DNA of 62,469 nt, counting the filler, from Choristocarpus tenellus KU-1152 (lineage: Eukaryota; Protista; Phaeophyceae), in NCBI GenBank assembly GCA_964200185.2. It is 11 parts of 11 records of this genome, joined end to end, with 100 filler letters (N's around TTAATTAATTAA, not from the genome) between each part and the next. Parts side by side here need not be neighbours in the genome. Positions count along the whole stretch, not along the records: positions 50,272 to 53,329 come from CAXNAD020022617.1; positions 53,430 to 58,848 come from CAXNAD020010840.1; positions 58,949 to 62,469 come from CAXNAD020019475.1; 8 more parts are not named here. One strand, written 5' to 3'. The position numbers and the translations under genes are program-made. The first letter of the stretch is position 1. Each line of letters starts with the position of its first letter. Of this stretch, positions 52,944-62,469 are shown in pieces. Below the pieces are notes generated by a model. The model was not told the DNA's origin, did no database searches, and saw only the letters and a list, made by a program, of their open reading frames with translations.

Positions 52944-53259
52944 AGTCTACGGTAAAATGCTCTGGTTCAAGGGTGACAACATCTTCAAAATTCCCCATCT
53001 TAGCAAGGAAAAGGCTGAGAAGACGGGCAAGCTCCCTCCGAATGACCTGGTGGATGCGACGAAATACTGTGATGGAATGGAGCTTTGGAGAACTTTGGAG
53101 CCGAAATTGTAGATAGATGTAGGCTGCCCTGTTTTGCTTAGATTTTGGTGGGCAACCATTTTAGTTTCTGGACAATTTACACCTATAATATATGAACATG
53201 TGAAATAATATCTTGCTTCTTCATTAGTGCTATGTTATATTTAATTTTGAACGGAGGAA

Positions 53260-53329
53260 GAGCCAAAGTATCTTAGAGGGTAGAGCCGTGTCCATTTGGA
53301 GGTCAAAAACCAATGTTGCGATCTTGATG
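53260..53329. mobile_element. MITE family 1 end, truncated by contig break
   Basis: gagccaaagtatcttagagggtagagccg directly after the mariner TIR-like sequence. Confidence 0.9.
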
Positions 53330-56300
53330 NNNNNNNNNNNNNNNNNNNNNNNNNNNNNNNNNNNNNNNNNNNNTTAATTAATTAANNNNNNNNNNNNNNN
53401 NNNNNNNNNNNNNNNNNNNNNNNNNNNNNGGGAGGGGTTCAAGCATGACAGCCAGATCATCTGGAGACATCTCCACCTCAAAGTTGCTGGCATCTATCCC
53501 CCCGCCTTCGCCATGCAGTTCATGTCCCCCATCTTCGGCAGAGATGATAGTAGTCCAATTTTGGAAAAAGACCTCAATTTCGTCGCTGCACATGGGGTCC
53601 AACTGCTGATCCTTGCATACGTCGTCCATAAATTCAGGGGATGCCTCCAATCCTCCCCCCCAGTCTTGCAGGACCCCTCCCCTGCCTTCGTCTTCTGCCA
53701 ATCCGGGGACTGACATTAGCCCCTGAGGGCATCCATCCCAAACTTTGTCATCCATTCTATCCACTTTGGGATTGTCACCTCTTCGAACGAAATGAATCAG
53801 GATGTGAGTGCTTCTACCCCAAACCTCTTGAACCTGGGTCTCCTTCGAAACCCTTACAACAATTTAAATAGTTCGGTTCAAACAATCTCATGTTCACAAG
53901 AGCAATGGAGATTGGGTAGAGACAGAGCCTTGGACGATCTTCATTTAGAACTCCATACTTCGATCTCTTAGGGTTAAATTGTAATTGACCCTCTCCTTGG
54001 GAAGCGTGGTAGTGTTGCATTGAGTATACAGGCGTGAGAGAGGAGAACCAATCGGAACGGTCGCCGATCGATCTGATAGGTGAAATATTTCCCAACAACA
54101 TTTATCACATACTTTTCCTTCTTTTTTTATTCAAGTTAATGTTGGAGGTTGGAGTACACTTCACACTTTGCATCATGATGAACTGATACAGGTAGTTGTC
54201 GAAAGGTAGTAGGTGATTTGAAGTTTCTAGTTGGACAGGGAGGGTCAACATTGAGATTCCCAGTACACATAGTAATCAACCGATAGTACCATGGCGAAGA
54301 TCAAGCCGCGACTGAGGCGATCAGGCAGTAGGGCCAACACCAGGTTTTCCCGGTATAGGACTCATGGTGATGGGGGAAAGAAACGCGTTGCGGAAAGAGA
54401 AGCAGCTGGCAAGATTGTACTTGGGCGGGTAGTTTTCACGACGAAGCAGATAGAAGCCATCTGTATAGGGATGAAGCATGTGTCTGATTGTCCCAACAAA
54501 GTTTCAGGCTGCTCTCGGGAAATTTGCGAATCGACACGCAAAGTTCTGGATATTGTCAGGGTCCATCACAGTCAAGTGGGTCACGATACGACCGACTGCC
54601 GGCCTTGCTACTTGTGGTCCATTGTTAGCGCACGTTTTCTTCGGGAAAGGAAGTAAATCAAGTGAGCTAGGCTGCAATCGGGGTGGGTGGGGAGTGTTGT
54701 TGGAATCAACTCTACGGACCTTTTTTGTTGCCTGGCGTGTGTATACTTGTATCATGCAGGGAGGTGATTTCTGGTTAGAACTGGGTGAAATTGTGTCATG
54801 GTTGTCACATGTTCGGAGTTTGTAGGTGCGGATATTGCGTAGAGAAGGGGGTTTTCCGAGCTTGTATTGGTTTCCTTGGCTCCCTGTTTTGGTGATATGT
54901 GCCTTAATACCTGCCCATGCACATGGTAGTCATGGCCGGCACCTTGGCATCCCGCAATACAAGCGAATGGTCGATGTGGGTGTTTACGTTACACGTACTC
55001 GTCAGTGATTAGAATAAGATCTTGCTTGCAAATTTGTACAGAAGTGCAAGAAAGGATAATTCTGGGTGTCCTCAGGGTTGCAGTGGCAATAACACCACGT
55101 GAACGTAGCTGAAGTTCAGGCATATTGTGTCTGTTGTGAATAGGAACTCGCCAAACTGTGTTTGGCTTCAATTTTAATGGAGAGTATTTGCAGGGCACAA
55201 CTTTATGTCCAGTCAGTGTGTTATCCCTCTACTCCTGCAAATTTTGAAGAGGGCAGTCAGCCAACTCATGCCTTGGGGACTCCATATGTTTTGGCGCCTT
55301 TTTCTGGCAAAAATCTCCCTCGTGCATTTGCCCATGTGTATTTGGTTTAATATTGCGTATCCAGAGCCAAAATCACACTTGATCTCCCTTTGCTTCATTC
55401 TTAACCTCTGACAACAGTATGCACTTTACAGGTAATAGTAGAAAGAGAGTCAAATGCACATCTTCAATTTGTATCCCATATGGTAAGATCCAAACCTTGT
55501 GACTCTGTGAAAAGTGACTCACTTTATGAGCGTGAGAGCCCCTGAGGCCTCAGTAGTCAAGTTACTTCCTGGTACACAGAACAGTAATATAGATTTACTA
55601 GTTAGAAGAGAAGCTACACCCCTCCAGGACCTATTGTTTCCTCAGGGTAAAGTCAAGGTTTCCACATGCTTGATATGCAGTCCTTAGATTGGTTTGATTG
55701 GGTCTTGATCTCTTGAGTTGCAGCCTTTGTTACCTATTTTGGTGTATGATTTGATTACTTTCCAGGTGTGCATGCATTATACTGTATAATAACAAGCTGT
55801 TCAAGCCCAGAATCATCTTTGCAGCTCAAAAAATCAGGGACGGCAAGAACTAACTTCAATCTAGATGTTCATCCCTCTAAGATTTCTACAAAATATCTGT
55901 GGGAATAGCGTCTGATGTGGGTTGGGGAGAACCATGATAATGCCAAGGTTAACAAGACTGGGTATTGGAGGACAAAATAGTACAATATTCTCTCAAGAGT
56001 CTGTGTTGCGTATCATAGTGGAAACCAAGGTTAATCTTTAGCATACTGTTTATTTACGTACCATATACTGTCAGACTGTCTGAGGTTATTTTTACGTACC
56101 ATATAATGTTCAAAAGTCCTTAAGCATTGGCCTGTTCATGATGTGTTCATAATCAGTCTCGACTCATACACGCACATCCCATGTGTACATTCTACTACCA
56201 ATCCTTAAAAGTGCATAATGAACACATTGTCCAGGGACCCTGTTTGCCAAGACAGGCTTACCTACCTCCTCGCCACTTCAAGATATTTCTTTCTGAGGGA

Positions 56301-56884
56301 AAAGAGAGCAATGTAGGTTCTAAAACAGGGTTTGGTCGACCATTGTATAGGGTTTACTAACTACCTATTCCGTAAGGTATGGGCCTATTGCCCCATAAAT
56401 GTCACATGTTTCTCGTCTGTATGACGTTTTTTGTCCAGGACAGCACTTAGAGAGTCCATTTGTTTGGGACATCTGTGTTGAAATATTCCACACTGGGCCC
56501 GCAGTTAAGATGATCAATCTTGTGCCTTGATATTAAGTAGACTGAACTTGTGGGATGAGACAGGTGCAGAATACCATGTGGGATTTGCAACGTCCACATA
56601 GATAATTAGAAAAGAATACTATCTACTACGTACCATATGTGCCATATATGATACATCAACGGATAATCTAATATCAGGTTCCTACAATACATGAACGTTG
56701 GGTAGAGCTCAACTGAAATATATGGAAACACATATCTGGCTCGACCTAAACTAGAGAAAAAAACTTCTGCTAGCTCTATCTAAAACAATGCTACAAATAC
56801 ACCCTAACATCCATGTTGATGTTGGGTCTGTGTAGGTTCTAGAAATCAGTCATCAGTCTACTGCCGTTCTATTGCACTCTTTGC

Positions 56885-57820
56885 CAAATTATTCTTGGGT
56901 CCTTTCTCCTGTAGGTCTTGACAATACCATGTTGCGCCTCCTACAATCAACAAAATCTCCCTAGTACATTACTACATGCAAATCATTGGACAACAGTAGT
57001 TACCGTCAATATTGATAGTGGGTCATTGAAATCAGCCACTCATATCCTAGTGCAGTCTCATGTGAAAACATTTTGGGGTACTTTCTCCTACAGGTCCTTA
57101 GCAATACTATGTTGTGTCTCCCACAATCCGCGAAATCTCCCTATTATATCACTACTACAAATCACTGCAATACAGATGGTAGTCAGTATCTACTGTCCTA
57201 TTGTAGTTTCGTGTGGAAACATTCTCGGGTACTTTCTGCTGCAGGTTGTTAAAGAAATTGGTGTTCCCAAGACTTGTGTATGTAAATGACTCGATTAATT
57301 CCTTATTGTCCAAAACAGGTTGTACATGAAGTAAGGAAGGTGAAAGGAAAGAGAGAGAGCTTCAAAGCTCAAAGGGGGGTATTCACCTTACGATTCACAT
57401 ATTCTAATAACACGTCACTCAGTCCATGATTAGTTGCTATGTTACTTGCTACAAGATTCCTTTTCTAGGATTCTTCTTGTTGTACTATAATAACCCGGAC
57501 AATATTTTCGTTGTCACCTGACAAAGATATTACTGTCAATTATCCAGTGTTTCTCCCACAGAATCATATTTTACACATGAATAAAAAGCATATTCTTAAC
57601 ACAGGTCCTTGGCAATCCCACGTTGCGTCTCCTACAATCAACAAATCTCCCTAGTAAATCACTACGACAAGTCACTGGATTACAGCAATGTAGTGGGGCC
57701 GTTACTTCCTACCTATCCTATCACAGATCTCCATGAACACATTCTTGGGTATTTTCTCCTACAGGTCCTTAGCAATACCGTGTTTGCGTCTCCCACAATC
57801 CGCGAAATATCTCCAGTGCA
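56885..57820. repeat. Degenerate ~150-180-bp repeat, A-B-(partial)...A-B arrangement
   Basis: Core tttctcct(a/g)(c/t)aggtc(c)tt..caatac...gttg(c/t)g(t/c)ctcc.acaatc at ~56902, 57082, 57232 (partial), 57595, 57753. Confidence 0.8.
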
Positions 57821-58786
57821 ACACCTAAAGCGAATCCTTGGAAAAGAGTAGCAATAATAAATCAACCATTCACACAAAAAAATATCTCCCTGGCTTCAAT
57901 AGCTCTTCTATCAAAAGTCAGTCTGCACACAACATCACAGCTGTCCATCGCTACTCTGGGTATGTACTAAAATACACAAGGCATATAGGGGACAAACTCA
58001 GATTAAATAAGTTGCAAGAACAACAAACACAAGGAAGACAGCCACAGGGGGTGATGTTCCACATCACAAAAATAAGATTTTTTAATGAATTCTTCCAATC
58101 CAGTCTCGAGCTGATGTCTTCCACCTCTCGGGCTTCGTTTGGGGAAGAAGGAGTTGTGGTCGATACCACATGTGCTCCTTCCCTAGTGTTCGTAGATAGT
58201 GCTGCTGATGCACTATAGACACCACTGGTGGATTATGTGATAGGGTAGAGAGCCAGTGACAGATATATTATAAGTACTGACTCATAGTGTCCATTGATGT
58301 TTATATCATGTTCAAGATACACTTTCTATACTTAAGAGAAGTAAATAAGTAATTCATAGTAATTAATGTGGACGATTACAAACCCCACACTATAGAATAA
58401 TAATGATAGCTTAGGCTAGTCTCATCCACATACTAAGTCAGCGGAATCGAGACCATAAGGCCCCCTTGTAATATTAACTTTGCTCATCTACATTAATATT
58501 CTTTGTCCTTCATTAAAGCACGAAAACCTCGGGTCCAGTGTGGAATACTTCAACACCTAGCCCTTCTTCCAGAAGGTTTTCTTGTCCTCTCCCTGCCTCG
58601 AACACTCAGGGGATATTCGCTCACCTCGTGACCCAGCCCTGTGCATCTTGCGCATCTTCTACCTTGGCCGTCATCCCCCCCCCAGCCTTTTAGCCCGATC
58701 AAGGTTGGGGCAGTTGTACATGTGCAAAATAGGACAATAGTGAGGTGAACCTTATTTTGTGTATGAGAGATAGTCTTTTTGATTGA

Positions 58787-58848
58787 GAGTGAAAGTATCT
58801 TAGAGGGTACGAGTTTTGCCCTGTTTGTCCATTTGGGGCTTGGCTTCC
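58787..58848. mobile_element. MITE family 1 end, truncated by contig break
   Basis: gagtgaaagtatcttagagggtacgagttttgccctg. Confidence 0.9.
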
Positions 58849-58948
58849 NNNNNNNNNNNNNNNNNNNNNNNNNNNNNNNNNNNNNNNNNNNNTTAATTAA
58901 TTAANNNNNNNNNNNNNNNNNNNNNNNNNNNNNNNNNNNNNNNNNNNN

Positions 58949-59309
58949 AGAGCCGCGTCCATTTGGGGGCCAAAATCCAATGTTGCGATTTTGACGTAAT
59001 TTTGGCTGTCATGTTTGTTAGGAGATGTTAATATCCTTGTTCCGGACACATCATTTCATAATGTATAAATTTTACCTACTCCGAAATATTTTGGAGTAGG
59101 AAAATGTCATAAAATACCCCGAGGGAAACCAAGCCCCAAATGGACAAACAGGGCAAAACTAGTACCCTCCAAGATCCTTTCACTCGTACACGTCTTAAAC
59201 ACTCCGAAACATTTCAGAATAGTAAAATGTCATTTAAAAAAAACGTGGGAAGTCAACCCCCAAACAGAAGAAAAGGGCAAAGCTCGTACCCTCTAAGATT
59301 CTTTCACTC
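58949..59309. mobile_element. MITE family 1 copy (to 59185) apparently nested in an older family 1 copy (59186-59309)
   Basis: Two successive right ends (...tttcactc at 59185 and 59309); the second resumes at consensus 'gtacac' just before the hairpin. Confidence 0.85.
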
Positions 59310-59359
59310 TACCACAGAGGTCGTAAGGTTCCTCCCGGACAGACAATCGTGACAAAGGT

Positions 59360-60420
59360 AGACACACTCCACATGACGATCCCCCCCACTTACAAAGTTC
59401 GCCCTCTGTTTGCCACTGGCGACAACTCCAACACGTACGCCCCTTGCCCACCTAACCCTAAACACGCAATATATACCATTCAAACTTGTGTCACATCCTT
59501 GACTCCCTTCACATCAACACGACGCACAGCATGCTAATTGCGCATATGCAACTCTCCATCGACCGCACACCGACCTTGCACACTTGCAACCATCGCCCTC
59601 TATATTGTATAAGTCTACCAATCGGTAAACTCGTGCAAATTCAACTTATCATTTCCTCCTCTCACATTAACGTCTCTGTCGTTTACCAAATAATTATCAT
59701 AGTAACAGATAGCACATATACGACGTGCGCGGTCCCCCCCACCCACAATAATCGCCCTCTACTTCCACTGGCGACCGACTCACCCCTCCCGCCCCTTGCT
59801 AACCCATACCCTCAACATGCAATAAATATCGTTGACCCATTACGCCAAATCCATGCCTACCCTTCTCGTCGACACCGTGCGCGACGTGCTAATCGCATAT
59901 TGCACTTCTCAATCGACCGCACACCGTCTGTGCACACTTGCAATCATCGCTCTCTATTTTCAGTAAGTCTACCAATCTGGAAACTCTTGCAAAACTCCAA
60001 CTTATAGTTTTCTTTCTTTCATGAATCAACGTCGGTCATGTGCCCATCGCTTGATGCAGAAATACATAGCACATGTACTACATACATGATTCCACCAACT
60101 CACAATAATCGATCCCTCTATGCCACTGGCGACAGACTGCCCCCTCCCGCCCCTTGCCAAACCCATACACTAAACACGCAATATATATCGTTGACCCATT
60201 ATGTCACATCCGTGCCTTCCCTTCACGTCAACACCACGCACGACATGGTAATTGAACATACGCACTTCTTAATCGACCGTTCGCCATCCGTGCACACTTA
60301 CAATCATCGCCCTCTATTTTAATAAGTCTACCAATCGGTAAGCTCACGCTAAAACTCCAAGTTATTGTTTTCATCACATATTGACATCTGTCATTTACCA
60401 AACACTTGTTCCAGAAATAG
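59360..60420. repeat. Tandem array, ~355-360-bp unit x3, each with two related halves
   Basis: ccactggcgac at ~59413/59765/60123; atcgaccg at ~59558/59912/60271; taagtctaccaatc at ~59610/59964/60323. Confidence 0.9.
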
Positions 60421-61200
60421 ATAACACAGATCAATCCAAAGAAAATGTCATCACATTGAATCGGTCACAGGACGCCGTCACAATACCAACACTGACTCCA
60501 ACACGTACCACCCCTCCCCTTATACGCACAATCACCACAACCCTTAGGAATGGGCGGACAGGGACGGCAGACAGCACAGTAACACGTGTACGAAACTTCT
60601 ATACATCAACACATTTCGAACATAGGAGATAGTCCACCTCCCAGCTCACAAGATCGACCGCGCGGGACAACACACGACCCACATGTCCCAAACCTCGGTG
60701 GCATCAAGTCCATGCACAGGTTCTTCACTGGTCGGCTCACCACCGCAGAGTCCCGTACATTGAGATACACTGAACTGTCATGCTACTGCACGAGCTGTTC
60801 TATCAGCAATCTGGCCCAATGCAGGTGGAAACTAACCCATGTGCTCCCGCTTAAGGAGATAAACCTCGGACTTTCCACGGAAAAAGGAACGGGCAATATG
60901 TATCTGAGAAGCCAGCTGTCGAGGAAGAAGAGGCAGCTCGCTGAGGGGAACATATGCATTGTGCGGACGCAGCCATTGGAGTACATTGGTACAGAGTTCT
61001 TGCCGTTCACTGTCCACCGCAAGGACATGGTTCAATGGGATGTCAGGCACCACTCCAGCTACAGAGGGATGTTCAGTGCTGGAGTGAGGTCGTCTTTGTC
61101 ACTGAAGACTTCGAGGTGCTGAGTGCTAGCTTTGTTGATGGAATGCTAACTATTCGCATGTCATGCACGGACAAGGTGAGGAACGCTTCTTATTGTTTCT
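60420..61200 (+). pseudogene. Possible Sola-type transposase C-terminal remnant
   Basis: VPNLGGIKSMHRF...LRYTELSCYCTSC...C resembles the GTxxxHxF...RxLSCFCxxC motif I associate with the region downstream of Sola2/3 catalytic cores; frameshifted, no catalytic core seen. Confidence 0.4.
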
Positions 61201-62411
61201 AAGAGAACAATGCTCCACACGAATGAATCCACGCTGTCGATATACAGATGTTGCATATATCCCCTGATATCCTCTCATAACCAAATAAAATTCTCCCATA
61301 ACGTCCGACCCTTACATCCAAACCAGTGTCATTTTTTTCTCCTACTCTACAACCACGAACGTTGACTTTCACATGATATTTTACAAGTTCCGTAGGGCAA
61401 ATAAGCATATCCCATTACTTCATTTCGCTGCCTAAGTGTATCCTCTATCCTACATAAAACTCTCCATTCCTCAAAACCAAAACAAACAAGACCCCTATAC
61501 AACCAAACAAGGCCATCACGCGCAAACACATGCCAATAGTCCAACACATCAACGCAGCCCCTGCAACGAACATCTTTGCATTGATGCAGGAGGCACAACC
61601 GGGTCCCGTGTCGTGCCTCTTCAGGCTATCATCATCGCAGACTTCACAGGCATCCACCACAACCACCTGGACAACACATTCACGATCTTGCCTGGTCAAT
61701 ACCAGAGGTTCGCCACAGAATCCAACCGGCAATCCCTCGGTGCGATACCTACTCACTTCTCAAGGCAACTCAGACTTGGGGACACATCCGACGCCAGATT
61801 CGGTCGAGGAACCAGCTTCATCATCCTATGCGCGAGTGGGGGGTTTATCGTACAGGGGAAGGTCAGCGATGTTCACGTGGATGTTTTTGGGGCGTACATT
61901 TACTCAGTGTCCTACCTTCCAGATGATGGAAAAAAATAATTTCATCCTCACCTGAGGTCCTACATGACAGAGGACGAGATAGAAGGTGTCGACCAACTTC
62001 GGGAGAAGAACGAGAGGGACAGTGTGGAGGCTGCAGCCCAGCATGTCAGACAACGCCGTTGGTCGATGGTTGACCGCCAACGGAAGTGTATTGATATGGA
62101 GAAGGATACGGAGAAATATAATACTTCTTGAACCGACACTGAGGGCTGTGCCAGATTTAGACGAGGGAGAAACACTCAATACAGGTGCCAAGGGCAGAGG
62201 ACTATACTTCTGATGGGACGATCACTGGATGTAAGGGACCGTGACCAAGTACCAGCCCCACTACACTCTGAAAGTTGGAGATGAGCGAGTCAGCCACCCC
62301 TAAGAGGTTAAATGGGAGAACGGCGAATTGCGAAATATCCAGCTTCTTGTCGAACGATACAGTATAGACCAAGACGCTCCTGCACATGCCTGGTTCTGGA
62401 CTAGTACAAGT

Positions 62412-62469
62412 GAGCCAAAGTATCTTAGAGGGTAGAGCCACGTCCATTTGGGGGTCAAAATCCAATGTT
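62412..62469. mobile_element. MITE family 1 end, truncated by window edge
   Basis: gagccaaagtatcttagagggtagagccacgtccatttggggg. Confidence 0.9.

Larger units (their letters stand above)
51372..53259 (+). mobile_element. Decayed plant-type mariner (Stowaway-related) transposon, interrupted by MITEs
   Basis: After removing MITEs the frames read NKPVLSDQRRVNRLGFA...YDWVHVYEK*FY...KVMFLAPVARPR...KIGIWP...VTVDRERYKKLMIEGITPEIK...IFVQQERANPH...QPVNSPDLNVNNL...ETLEHVWQSLFAVYGKMLWFKGDNIFKIPH. The 3' end ttttgaacggaggaa resembles the ACGGAGGGAG Stowaway/mariner TIR. Confidence 0.9.

Noticed and set aside
10461-58948. Regularly recurring TTAATTAATTAA palindrome; apparent clustering of diverse genes
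   Set aside because: Artificial six-frame-stop spacer inside N runs. Contigs are concatenated (e.g. the MITE halves either side of 58849-58948 cannot form one element), so no gene-cluster or synteny claim is valid.

Overview
Eukaryotic, intron-rich genomic DNA, most likely a photosynthetic stramenopile (brown-algal lineage or relative; inferred from gene style, not proven). The window is not one locus. It is 11 contigs joined by ten artificial 100-nt spacers (N44-TTAATTAATTAA-N44), so adjacency across spacers means nothing. Manual splicing recovers these multi-exon genes: a giant filamin-repeat/PA14 protein (1-10288, +), an SHPRH-like PHD-SNF2 helicase (-), a GLUT-type MFS sugar porter (-), a WD40 protein (-), Rab11 (+), a SPOC-like/SPAG7(R3H) fusion (-) head-to-head with an apparently complete CCDC137-like gene (+), and a CMGC/CDK-like kinase (-). 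Non-coding DNA is dominated by decayed DNA transposons. There are two mariner-like relics, a Tc1/IS630 relic, and at least four internally unrelated ~160-265 bp MITE families. These families share the terminus G(A/G)GYCAAAGTA; family 1 has perfect 4-bp TSDs and the others near-perfect ones (Sola2-like). The main family carries an internal hairpin near which nested insertions cluster. A possible Sola-type transposase remnant lies at ~60.4-61.2 kb. Next to it is a ~360-bp tandem array that looks like a decayed micro-exon array. Two GC-AG introns and CpG-to-TpG decay of repeats are also visible. All family assignments are from motif recognition, with no database searches.
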